Assembly (NCBI RefSeq): GCF_004210375.1
Contig: NC_134837.1
Coordinates: 252,617,964-252,681,963, forward strand
Reading direction: 5' to 3'
From: Tachypleus tridentatus
Taxonomy: Eukaryota
Length of the DNA: 64,000 bases
Positions within the stretch are counted from its first letter, which is position 1; each line of letters opens with the position of its first letter. Both the position numbers and the translations under genes were made by a program. The notes under the pieces were generated by a model. It saw only the letters and a program-made list of their open reading frames with translations. It did no database searches and was not told the DNA's origin. Below, in pieces: positions 25,814-37,837 of the stretch.

Positions 25814-27393
25814 CTGAATTTAAAAGAATACAATATTGCTTAAAAAATCCACAAAGATGGCAAAATCAACTAATCATTAGGCTACATCACTGTATCTAAT
25901 TAGTAATTATTTTAAACTTTAAATTTTGTTTTTTACAGTAAGAACAATAATAAGGTATTTTTGTTGATTTAAATTACTTTTCTTTACTTAAAACCTGAAG
26001 CTTTTTTGTTGAAACCCTGAAGTATTTATTTAAAAGAATTCCAGTACCTTTCTTAGGATTCCACATACACAAACAAGTATTTTTAAAGTAATACACTTAC
26101 AACAGGATAAATTTAGGGCACCTCTATTATTTTTCACATATTTCTGTTAAGGAATATCAAGCTGAAAATTTCTTTAACTGGTGACTTTTTTCACACATGT
26201 TTATTTCTTGTACATGATCAAAGAGAATCTTATGCAGAAGAAAGATTAAATATAATTCAATAATTAAGGTCTAACATTAACAATTATTACAGTAGATAAG
26301 CTGATGAATTATTTCTTTAATCACTTGGTCTTACTGCATCACCCAATCAAATCTAAGCTCCAGTTAATACTTTAAACATTTTTATGAAATGTGATATAAT
26401 TATAAAGAAATCAAGTAAGGTTAGCAACCAATACTTTATTTTAGAGAAATGTGTCTCACATATTTTAATTCACAATGTTTTGTTCATATAACAGTGTAGC
26501 ATAAAAACTGTACACAGCGTTACACCATTTGAAATTGACATGTATAAGAAAACATTCTCATTAGCAAAGATAATTAGTGAAAATAACCAGAAATAAGCCT
26601 CATTTTAACATGATCATCATTCCCAAGAGTTAACAGTAATTCCCTCATAACCGTGAATGTTCAGAAACTTATTAAATTTTTTCATATGTTTCCTTTGAAA
26701 CTTTTCAATAGATTTAAAGTGCAATCTATATATTTAACAATTTTGATAGAAAATAATACATTTTAATGACCAATTTCATCTTCTAAGAATGATAAATTCA
26801 TCAGTCCATCTTTATCAAACAGTGATCTCAGACTTAGATATAAATACCTCCACAAAACTTCATGTACATACTTATAAGAGCTGAATCGAATTATTTTAAT
26901 AATTTGTCATGTGTATCTCACCACAAAAACATAGACTCAATGAAAAGTTGTGCAATGTTTAAATAACCAGTCTAAACTCGACCAAAAGAGAAAAAAACCT
27001 TTCTTAAGGACTTCCAACTGACCATCTGATAAAAAATAAAACTGCTGCTTAATTGTAGAAAACATAAAATGACAAATGTAAATTACAACTGACAATTTAA
27101 TTCATACATTTAACAACATTACTAATCAATTAAACCTACTGTTTTTAAAGTAGGTTAACATTTTAATATATTCAGTAACTGTAACAAAGTATGCTAAGTT
27201 CAGTGGTCTATATCTAGCAGAAATAGACAAGATTGTATGCAATAGTTTAATGAAGAAATGTTTATGTTTCTGATAATCTAATAAACCTAACAATTTTTTT
27301 TTCAAATAATACTACATCTACCAATTATAACAAACAATTATATATTCATTCTCTCATCAAAATCTCACAATTCAAAAGCAGAGAATTACTTAC

Positions 27394-27500
27394 TTCCTCA
27401 GATTCTTCATGTTCCCTTTTAACCTTTATGTTTTTATTATAAGCATTTGGAAATGTTGTAGCACATTTCTTTTTTCTATTTTTGCCTCGATTATATTTTG
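27394..27500 (-). CDS. TEP1: TEP1-like exon: (A)KYNRGKNRKKKCATTFPNAYNKNIKVKREHEESEE
   Basis: Acceptor TTTCTTAG|CA, donor GAA|GTAAGT. Joined to the previous exon it gives YQL-AKYN..., matching the human junction (YQLAKYNPRKHRAKR). Confidence 0.75.
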
Positions 27501-29094
27501 CTAAGAAAATAAAATACAAATACTAAAATCAGCCATATATATATATACACACACACACACACTATATTTTTCGCCTACTATTTAAACCATAACATTTACA
27601 ACATTTTCATTCTTGAAGTTGAAATGCAACATAAAATATCTACGATATTTAATAAATAACAAATATATTTTCTTACTTTAAAATACAAAAACACTGAATA
27701 CAGTCTCTATAACTAGATAGTTTTAAAATTTTATGAAATTATTATACACTATCATTAGTCACTATACCAAAATATAAACTTGTGTGTTAGTAACAAATTA
27801 TTTAATGATTATGAGAATGGTTCTTTATTAGTACTATCTTTCATTCATTGATATCAATACCCATATTTAAGACAATACTGGAATTCTTTGTTATCTTTCA
27901 AAATTTGATATTTCAATAGCAAAGTTAGTTTCAAACAGTACTACATTTGTAACGTGCTGAGCATGTGAACCAAAAAAAATATTCACAAAGGAATAAATGA
28001 AATGAATTATTTAAAAGACTGATGTATGCAAATGAAGAGAAAATTTTTCTCGGTTAGTTATTTTGACTTCATTCTTCAAACCTTTTTCTTCTGAAATACC
28101 TATTTTTAATGTTAATAAACTGCTCCTTAGATTGATTATATTACAAACATTTATTCCTTATATGATAAGATACTTACACAAAAGTACACATTTGTACTTG
28201 AAAACAAAATGTAGTTATGCACATAAAACCAGCACTAAAGAAAACTAATAAATATCGCACTAGAAATGCTACAGATAAACCTTCACAGAGTATTTCATGC
28301 AACAGTAGACTTTGTCTCATCTTATTCTCAGAAAGACTTTAAAATTTACATATTTTTAATTACCTCAACAATAATTTCACTGTACACAGAGAAAATCAAA
28401 ATGAAAAACTATTATATACTACTTGGAGTACATCTGTAAACCATGGAACCAAAAATATCAAAAATGTAACTTTCAATTAAATGGAAAATAAAATAATGTA
28501 AATGTCTATTGATTGAGTCACCTTAATATTCCTTAAAATAAAAATATGTAATTTCTTATTACTGATATGTACAGCATAAATAGCAAATATGAAAGTTAAC
28601 ATTTTCTTACAAAGAAAATGTATTTCAGAGAGGTACTTACCTACTCTCACCCAATGTTATCTCAATCCTGGACTGTCCAGTGAGCATTGCTAAAGTTTTT
28701 CACAAACAGCACACCAGTCTTTTATATGCTATCAGTTTTTATCCATTTCAGAACGTGTTGACCAATCATACTGTATCCCCTACACTAGTGTAGTTTGTTC
28801 TCTTTATTAGAGCAATCCCCACATTTTCAACTGTCATTCTAGTGTCTGGACATGCATTTAAATTTACCCTCCACATGATTATTTTTTTTTTTTGTCCTAG
28901 ATGCTCTCCTTGGGTGTGTTTTTTTCCCTGAAAGGACCACACGTCTTGATGTATGTCAATATATTTTGCAGTGTTTCCATTGGATGTCTTAATGAAAAAT
29001 TTTGGGAAAGTTTCAAAGGCAATCCAGAATTGAGACAGCTTTGAGTGAGAGAAGGTCAGGCTGTTTCAGAATATAAAAAATTTGGAATTCTTAC

Positions 29095-29191
29095 CAAGTT
29101 GATACTGATCAAATTCTGAAAACTTTGCTTTCATGGCCTTTCTCAAACATGCTGGTAGAGATCGCAAACATTTTCCTTTATCTTGAAAACT
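29095..29191 (-). CDS. TEP1: TEP1-like exon: SFQDKGKCLRSLPACLRKAMKAKFSEFDQYQL
   Basis: Acceptor GATTTTTAAG, donor CTTG|GTAAGA. It matches human ...DKNKLVPLPACLRTAMTDKFAQFDEYQL and leaves in phase 1. Confidence 0.8.
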
Positions 29192-30075
29192 CTTAAAAAT
29201 CATAGAAGTTTCAAAATATTTTCATCAAGCTTAAAAAAAACTGCTGTGATATAAAACTAATTAGCTTTTAGTCAGTTTCATTTGATAACAGACACAAATA
29301 CATTTGTTATCTACAAACTTGATTCTTGAAGATATAATACAATAGAGAGAAGTCATTATTCACACCTAAATGTCACTGGATCTCTATATACAACAAAATT
29401 CTTTAAAGACAAACTCTTAACCCTTTCACTACAACTGGGAAGTATATTTCCCAAATGCTCCCAACCTCCACTCACCGTGTAATTTGGACAAACACTTCCC
29501 GTTGTCATTCAGAATTACCACACATGATATACTGGAGTAAAATGAGTTGGAAACAATTTATCAGCATCCCAACTACTGTTGATATTTGGTTATTCTCAAT
29601 GTTTTCCACTCAGCTCTTCAGTAACCAAGAAGAATGTATGGTAACTTCTTGCTGACTAAGCCCACATTGCTATAGCACTGAGTAGTAACCCTAATTATTA
29701 TGTAAATATGCTTGATGTACTCAACTCAGCTTAGAAGATAGTGAACATGAGTTAAGTGATGTTTAAATGTGTGATGACAAAGAGACAAGAGGATGTTAGC
29801 TCTTCATGTAGTGATGATAGTCAAGGTGATGGACCTGAACACAGCAGATGAAGATATAGGCATGCATTGAGAATGAGAAACATTTATTTATGTGTGTGAG
29901 AGAATGGGAGCACTGGAAAGTATATGTCCAAGCTGCAGTAAATGAGTCAAATATAGTGGTTGTTTTGTAAATGTTTTTACATTGGAAAGATGTGTACCAA
30001 CACTTTGAAAACCTATCCAAGAAAGTATAAGTTTCAAAAGCCATTTTTAATGAAACCAATACAAGATATAGCTTA

Positions 30076-30238
30076 CCAAGTACAACTCAGCAACTTCAAT
30101 CCAGTCTGAAGGAAGCCTGATAGATGAAGTGAAGTACTTCATTAGGAAAGGCCTACAACTCTCTACGTATGCAGCATATGTTACTAAGAAGTTTGCAGTA
30201 GTGCGAATGTTGAGTTCTTGTCGGGTATACAATGCTAC
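30076..30238 (-). CDS. TEP1: TEP1-like exon: VALYTRQELNIRTTANFLVTYAAYVESCRPFLMKYFTSSIRLPSDWIEVAELYL
   Basis: Acceptor TTGTTGTAG, donor TTG|GTAAGC. It matches my recollection of human TEP1 (ASLYARQQLNVRNVANNILAIAAFLPACRPHLRRYF...LPSDWIQVAELYQ). The start coordinate may be off by 1 nt. Confidence 0.8.
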
Positions 30239-31020
30239 CTACAACAATCATGGTCAGTTACCTTTTAATAATTGCAATTATCAAAAGACAAGGCACAAAA
30301 GATTTTGATATCAGATAAATCTTGAAAGAAAAAAAAATTACTTTTCCAAAAGCAAGCTGATTAAAAAATGCTGTTGATGCACGAAACATTACAAGTAAGA
30401 TTTACAATAAGATTTTATAAGATCTGAAATATTATAACAAATGAAATACAAAAGGAAATTTCCAAAACAAATTTAATAATGAATAATACTGACTGTTAAC
30501 ATTTCTAACAACAACAACAAATTATCTGTTTTTCACTGCTCCTGATGGAACTCAGTGAAAGTAATATTTAAGCATGTGATTTTGATGAATATTTCATTTA
30601 TTAAAAACACTTAGAAACAAAAAATACTTTATGTTAGTGAACTCCTAACATAAGATAAGGTATGAAAATTATATTATGTAATTCAAACTACAATATGTAA
30701 GCTGGGTCTTCCAAGGCAACAGACAAAGAGGAAGGAATAATTAGACTATTTTCCAGCATTCTCTCAACAAAAGCAGTAAGGCTAGTTTGAATAAAATATT
30801 CCAGGAAATATTTGTTACTGACAGAATGTACAAAAGTAACTAACATTATGCCTATTGTTATTAAATTGTTTCATGCCCTTTTTTAATATAAAGTATACAA
30901 CATTTTACGATAATGTTCTTCTATTGGTTTACATAAGTCAATGAATTCATGTTTCTCATTTGGTTATAACTGCTGGGTGAGAACAAATTAAATAAAAAAG
31001 TTACATTTTCTTTATATTTA

Positions 31021-31156
31021 CCTTTAGAATGAACTCAGGGTCAAAAGAGGCCACAGCTGCAGCTTGAGACATGAGAACTTTTCTAGTAGTATCTTCAGTT
31101 GTTCTGAAGTTTGGGTTGTGGATAAGAGAGGTGCTCACAGTAGTTAGAAGTTTAAC
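31021..31156 (-). CDS. TEP1: TEP1-like exon: VKLLTTVSTSLIHNPNFRTTEDTTRKVLMSQAAAVASFDPEFILK
   Basis: Acceptor TTTACACAG, donor AAG|GTAAAT. It ends in the ...EPEFILK motif that I recall just before the TROVE region of vertebrate TEP1. Confidence 0.8.
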
Positions 31157-31728
31157 CTGTGTAAAGATATTTTCTCACATTTGTTACTGCCATTCACATC
31201 TTATTTCATTAGTTATCCATTATTATTACTCAGTTTAACAAGTTATCATTATTTTACATGTATAATAATGCAGTAATTTCAAAGAAAAATTTAGCATAAT
31301 CTCTATGACAACTAGAAATTCAAGGGCCAAGAATTTTAACTTGGCAGATGCATTGATTTGTTGAAAAGAACAGAAGAAACGATCAATAATGTTGAGTTGA
31401 AAAGTAAAATAAACTGAAGTTGAAGAAAGATAGCTCATGTGATCAGTGAAAGTGGTGGATGAAATGTTTAAACATGGGTAAAAACTTGACACCTTCAAGA
31501 CAGAAATAAATTCACCACAAATTTCTTGCATATTGCTTTAAGCTTTTGATCAAGAAGTTGAGAATGGTAATAACAACTATTATTGATCTCAGAAACTGAA
31601 CAGTGATTTGAGCTACATCCTTACTCCTAAATACTAGAAAACAAAATCTCTGGTTAACACCTAATATTTCTGTCAAATATTGTTTAAATCAATCAGGTAG
31701 GTTATAAAAATGTATTTATATACAATAC

Positions 31729-32010
31729 CTTTAATGTATCCTTGAAAGATGCTCGTTGTCTGGAAATAAAGGCAATATCTTTTTCAATATCAGGAAACTT
31801 TTCTATTTCAGGTTGTTTCAGAACCAGTGTTTTGAAATCATATACTGGCATATCTTCTTCAAGATGTGTTTCTCTTTCATCATCCTGACTTTTAGTGGCA
31901 ATGCCACTAGCTTCTGTATAAATATCTTCCCTGAATGAGTCTTTTACTTCGTATCTGGTCAGCTCCAACTCATCTCTTCTGTCACATGTGTTCGATGTTC
32001 TTGTAACGCC
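31729..32010 (-). CDS. TEP1: TEP1-like exon: VTRTSNTCDRRDELELTRYEVKDSFREDIYTEASGIATKSQDDERETHLEEDMPVYDFKTLVLKQPEIEKFPDIEKDIAFISRQRASFKDTLK
   Basis: Acceptor CTTTTAG|GCG and donor AAG|GTATTG. The frame is open across the whole 282 nt and is phase-compatible with both neighbouring exons. Confidence 0.7.
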
Positions 32011-33261
32011 TAAAAGATTTAGTTTTTGTAGCTTCCATAAATTGAGTCTTAGACAGTAAACAATTTTCTGTTCTGATTAAACCACTCATATTTATTTCTA
32101 CTAAGAAATTTAACATTGTTTTATGTGTATTGTTACACAAGAAACTTTGGATTTTACTTGACATAAACTGAATTTATATACTTTGAAAATTTACAGCATA
32201 AATTATGATATAACTTTCTCTCAAAAAATAACAATGCGAAAATACAAGTCAACTCACATTATATACTATACACTCATACAAGCTGACAGCTACTTGTAGC
32301 TCTCTGTTTTTTAATAAACAAAAATAAGACCCACTTCATTACAAGAGGATAAATACAACAGAAATTGACATACTACATTAAAAAAATACTAAAGTCTATA
32401 GCCTATAACAAAGTAAATTCTGGTACAAAACAGAATTTATGTAGTGAAAATAAATAGTCACATTTTTTTCTATATCCTATGATTATTGCATTTTGTATTA
32501 AATAATTATCAATAACTAACAGTACAAATAGAATTTCAAAAAGACTGAGTGCCCTAATACAACCTCTCTTGTGAACTATGATATTTAGTGAAATAAGCTC
32601 ACCAGAAAAAAAGGATAGTTTAAGAGCTGTTTCTATTTTTATTGTTGCTAGAAACATTTTATGAGTCAGTTACAAGTATATTTGAAATATAAAATGAGTA
32701 CTTTTATTGTTATATTTCATCATATGTGAATTTATATGCTATACATATATATAGCATTAGAAAATAAGCAAAGATTACTTTTAATTTTTGATAACAACGT
32801 ATAATAATAGGAAAAACGGGCATGTCTGTGAGTGTGACCACCATAGCTCCAAAAGGAAACTACTCATAAACCTGAAATTCTGCACACATACTAAGTGAAC
32901 CATGAGAATGTGTCACCTGGATATTATTACTTGTCCACTTGCATGCAATCAATGCGCGTCTTTCAATGATGTAAGCCAATCCAAAAAAGATATAAGAAAG
33001 AAATGGTTCTGTATATTACAAATAGGAGCCATAAACAGACAGCACACAGATCAACACACTCATTTTTAATGAGGTAAGTTTGTGAAAAAAAAAAACCCAC
33101 AGCAACCTGGTAACATTTTCCAACAATAGCTTTTATGTCACGTCTCTTAGTAAGAAAAATAATAACCTAACATTGTTGTTAGTCCATTTACTGAAAGTAC
33201 AAAATAAATTATATAAACTACAAAACTGAAATAATTTGTTGATTTCTTAACCATTTTGCAA

Positions 33262-33955
33262 TGTTTAGGGTTTAAAGGCCATGTCATCATGTTTGTTCAC
33301 TTTCATTCAAAATTTTATTCAACTAATATTTTATGAATTTATATCAATAAGTTTGGAATATAGATTTTAATGAGTCACATGGTACGTCAAATGCCACAGT
33401 TTAAAATTAGATGTTTGTGATGTCAAAATACTAAGTCTATAATTTTGCACAAATTAGGAACTCAAATTATTAATATTCACAAGCTAGAATATAAAATAAC
33501 AACCTCATATCTTTTTATTTTGCTCAGATATTGCTTATGTACTGAATCAAACACAGTGACCCCATTCAACTTTTGAAACAGTCCCTTATACACTCATACT
33601 ATAGTACATGATCTGAACAACCAATCAACAGCTTAGAATGTCTCCAGAGTGGTTTTCCCTGTCATTGTAATCTTTGAAAAGGCAATCATATTCTTTTGAT
33701 CCAAATTTTCAAGAAGATATGTCTTTAATCTGCTTGAAGTTTCATATTATATAAAATCTAAAAAAAACATCTTAAGTTACTAAACTTACTAAATAATAGT
33801 GGAATTCTATGGTATCAGTGTAGTTATTTATAATTTTTTATTTGTTCAACAATATACATAAAACCTAAAAATATTTTGTTTGATATCATCCACTTGCCAA
33901 ACTTTAAAAGACTTAGCAACCTGTTTAGCAACCAAGTACAAAGGTCATAGCAAGA
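33262..33955 (+). repeat. Dispersed interspersed repeat, copy 2
   Basis: See copy 1. Divergence is roughly 15-20%. The family is non-autonomous and unclassified. Confidence 0.75.
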
Positions 33956-34413
33956 ATAGATAATTGTTTGCTTTAATTCTTGATATACTGTTCTATATTT
34001 TAATATAAATAAGTGTAATAATTTATTTATAAATAGGAACAATCTATATACATATATATAATATATACTTGAAATGTGACTGTATATTACAATATACTAG
34101 TTGAACAAAACACAACCAAGACAGGATGAGTAAAGTCCAGTTTTATATTACTGGACATGTGGCCTGAGTGGACACGCACTGCATCAATGTAAGCTATGTA
34201 ATGTTAGGTAGGCATGACTGTAAGGTCAATAAGAAATAATAAATATATATGTTTACATATAGCATTATGAGACTTGAGCTGCGTCGACTAAAGATTTGTA
34301 TTTTCATGTTATAATATGTAGACATTCTAGTAGTAAAAAAGCATAGTTTATATTTATTTCCTAATTTTTTTATGGTGGTTACAAGGTTTAATAAATGACA
34401 AACACCACATGAA

Positions 34414-34826
34414 GTATTAGGTTGAGGAATAATTCGTGAGCGTTTTTAAATAATTTCATTCAAGCATTACATGCAAGACTATACAATACTTCAATGCATG
34501 AACACATTACACCCAAAACATTTATTATGATACTTTATTTCATGTAATACCTAGGTATATAGTATGCATTGTTTTAAACGAAATTGCAAGAAATTAAATG
34601 CTAAAAGCAGATGGTGTCGAAAATGCTCGATTTTGTCCACTTGACATTCCATTTAATGAGCTGAAAATGAAAGCAAAAATTAAAGACATATGAAAATCAA
34701 ACACACCATCTATTAGAGCAAAAAATTATCTACCAAATGACATGAAATATTTTGCGAAAGCGTTTCATTTATGTATATATTTTTTTAACTTGAAAAAACG
34801 CTCACGAATTATTCCTCAACCAAATA
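34414..34826. mobile_element. MITE-like element with roughly 30-bp TIRs (TTAGGTTGAGGAATAATTCGTGAGCGTTTTT)
   Basis: 34417-34447 is the reverse complement of 34795-34822. The roughly 350-bp non-coding core is AT-rich. Confidence 0.65.
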
Positions 34827-35711
34827 TATAAAATAGCATAAAATATAAAGTTTCACTGAAAACAAACAATTGAAATGTATTTAGGAGTCTTAGAGATTAT
34901 ACAAATAGCATTTAAGATTTTTGGGATAGAGAACAGTTTATTAGATATAACATGAAATCACTTTGCACTCAGACTAGTAATGAAACAGACTATTTTCACA
35001 AACAAATCTTTAGTAAAAACATTTAATTAAAAAAATCTCAATTTTTTGTGTAAAAATATTTATAATCTTTACTAAAAGTCTATCAAATATTGCAAGATGC
35101 ACATGCCTGTATTAAAGGTTATAGTGGAAATACTTAGTGTGCAAATGTGTAGATGAACTTGTGTACCGTTACGCTAAAGCGTTAATTTACAGTCTTTGTT
35201 GATTAAATTCAGAAGCGATTTAAGCTTAATATTGCATCAATATTTCTACTTGCATGATAAATTTTGTGCATTTGGTTCTAGACTAGGTTATCTCACACTA
35301 TGTATCTACTTTACGTTTATTTATTAATTTATTTAAACCATACCAACATTCACTACACTTACAAGGTTTCATGGCAACCTCCTTCAAGGATCCCTTGCAC
35401 TTGTCATTAAAATCATAATTTGTAGACATTAAACAAATTATTCTATCTGGATAAATGTATTTTGGCTTTCATGATTCCTCTTATTTCGAGAAATCAATAT
35501 TGACACTATGTGACATATACACAGGAATTTATAGAGGTTAGATAGTTTGATATATGGTGCCATCTAAAAGTATCTATAATAACTTTATTAATACAGTACC
35601 TTTATAACTTTATGTTTCTTGGAAATAAAAATATATTTAAAATATTTTTTACTAGTACATACATGCAAACAAATACATAATAAATAATACACATACAACA
35701 AGATTTACTTA

Positions 35712-35828
35712 CTACCAGAAAGCAGTCTGTTTTGCAGGGAGAAGTTAGTACTATACAATTGTTTTCCAATAAGACTTTTTTTTCCTTCAGGTTTGATACT
35801 GGTATCATCACACTTAACATTCTTCAGG
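35712..35828 (-). CDS. TEP1: TEP1-like exon (...LKNVKCDDTSIKPEGKKSLIGKQLYSTNFSLQNRLLSG). Acceptor TTTTTTCTCCTAG, donor GGTA|GTAAGT.
   Basis: Strong splice signals. This frame stays open to the acceptor, whereas the alternative ATG frame hits a stop. The outgoing phase 1 joins the next exon correctly (A+GC=Ser, then VTRTSNT...). Confidence 0.45.
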
Positions 35829-35935
35829 CTAGGAGAAAAAAATTCACAGGCTACAATGTAATGAATGCAGAGATACTGTAACACTGATTAAAGTCTTGGA
35901 AACTCAACTGTACAAACTAATTATATGTATATACA

Positions 35936-35936
35936 T

Positions 35937-35973
<37 letters not shown>

Positions 35974-35975
35974 CG
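35936..35975. repeat. (CA)n followed by (TA)n microsatellite
   Basis: ACACACACACACACACACACATATATATATATATA. Confidence 0.9.
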
Positions 35976-36652
35976 TAAATGTTTAATTTATTGTATTATT
36001 TATGAAAACAATGACCAAACTGAAAGAATAGTATGCCCACTGAATGCACATGGAAACATTTATGTAATACTGAAATTCAATATAAGTTTGTAGCTCAAAA
36101 CTTCAAGAAAACTGGTCACTTTATAGCATATTTTATGACGACTGCCCTATGAAATGTCCTCTCAAATACCACTCATAGAATCAGGATCAAACAGGAAATA
36201 ATTTCTAAATTAAAATATAAAAGTACATCTCATATTGATTTCTTGCTTTTTAAAAATTAAAATAATTTTGTATTTTAAAACCATTTTTCATATTAATGTT
36301 TTGTGTATGTTTTCTTAATCTTTCCTTGGTTTTAATTAACAGTTCATTACTCTTGTATTTAAATTTCTTATATTGACATTACTATATTTTTTACATTTCT
36401 TTCTACTTTATTCAACTTTCTTTTCTTGTGTATTGCATTCCTTTTAGAATATTCAATGGTAACTTGTCATTTATCTACATGGTTGTTTTGGTTTGAAAAA
36501 TTACTGAAAGTATAAACAAATAAAACTAAAAATGTGTCAGGTGATTTATTCCCAAAAGTCTAATTTCATTACTTTATCATATTAACAGTTCTGGTACAAG
36601 AAAATAAAAACAATGGTTTAGTACCTCAGAAAGAAATATATTTCCAAAATAA

Positions 36653-36832
36653 CTGGTAAGAGTATTAAAACTTTAATTAAAATGAAGTAAAAAACAATGT
36701 TTCAACTTTATTAGGTCATCTTCAGGTTAACAAAGAGAGTTTGCAACTATTTGTTAAACTGAGGATGACCTAATAAGGTCAAAACATTGCTCTGTACTTT
36801 ATTTTAATTAAAGTTTTAATACCCATACCAGC
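36653..36832. repeat. Long imperfect hairpin or foldback, with roughly 75-bp arms (about 85% complementary) and a roughly 30-bp loop
   Basis: CTGGTAAGAGTATTAAAACTTTAATTAAAATGAAGTAAAAAACAATGTTTCAACTTTATTAGGTCATCTTCAG pairs with 36759-36832. It could be a MITE or foldback element, or a hairpin RNA precursor. Confidence 0.55.
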
Positions 36833-37568
36833 CAATTTAAAAATAAATTTTTACTACAAGTGGGTTTCTCATCATTATGAAGAAAGAAATATAAAATTCA
36901 AAAAATAACTATACAACAGATTGGATATTAAAACCATGCACTGATATCCTTATGATGAATGATAGTGAATTATATATGTGTGTGTAGCCTAAGAGTTGTT
37001 TACATAATTCTTTGTAGTTGCAAAAATATGATAATGGTATAAATATCAAAGTGAGAAGAATTATTCAAAGCAAGTCTTCAAACAGTTTAATAAAGCAGAT
37101 GACTAAAGTACTTGTAATTGCATTCCTTATTCTTACAATAAATGAAATGTGAAGAATTTTTTTGCATTGTTTTTTAAATTAGTAACTCAAACAAAGGTTA
37201 TGTAATGTGTTCCAAGAGTTTGTGTTCATGACAGTAAATGAATTAAAAGTTTAACCTTTAAAAAGATAAATGCAAAACCAAATTTGCTACTAAAGAATTC
37301 ACTTGTATAATTATATCACTCTCCACTAGAAGAAACTTATAAAAGAAGTAGTGAATACTAAATCCTTGAAAGTTCACACTTTTGTTCATGATGGAACATA
37401 AACCTTGTAGTATTCTGATCTTTATAAATTCAAAAGGTATATTACCTTATTCAATAAAACTATGAACATCTATACATACAATAAAACATGCATTTTCACT
37501 GATAAAGATATTAATTTTATCATACAATATATCTGGTGGAACAAATTATATGCATTTTCATGATATAC

Positions 37569-37837
37569 CTTTTGGTGTCACATAAAAGATTGTTCTTTAC
37601 TAAATTAGGTCCTTTTGCAAGAAGGTTAAAATGCTTTTCCTCTCCTAGCTTCAAGTGGGATTTAAAAAGCTGTTCTGAACAAATCTTTGGCTTGGAATTG
37701 AGCAGGTTCAAAGTTACAGGTGAACCAATACATGACAACGTTAATGTTTTTGAAGCTGATGTCCCTAGGAGACGATTATTTGTGTCTGTCAGGGACGATG
37801 TGGGACAGTTGGAGATCAGATGTTGATTATTCATCAT
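37569..37837 (-). CDS. TEP1: Candidate upstream (possibly first coding) exon of the TEP1-like gene: MMNNQHLISNCPTSS...NNLLCDTK. Donor AAAAG|GTATAT; a TTTTATAG acceptor sits a few bases upstream of the ATG.
   Basis: Long minus-strand ORF. It ends in phase 2, which matches the phase-2 start of the next exon (35712-35828). There is no recognisable similarity to the known TEP1 N-terminus, so the call rests on phase compatibility only. Confidence 0.3.

Noticed and set aside
35602-35820. ATG-initiated ORF MLSVMIPVSNLKEKKVLLENNCIVLTSPCKTDCFLV as a TEP1 start exon
   Set aside because: Extending this frame back to the strong acceptor at 35828 hits a TAA. Its phase-0 end also cannot join exon 31729-32010. 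The alternative frame (…LKNVKCDDTSIKPEG…) satisfies both.
37536-37826. Plus-strand 96-aa ORF overlapping the candidate minus-strand exon
   Set aside because: It has no splice context or similarity. The overlapping long ORFs on both strands are probably a composition effect. The minus-strand reading is preferred because it is phase-compatible with downstream TEP1 exons.
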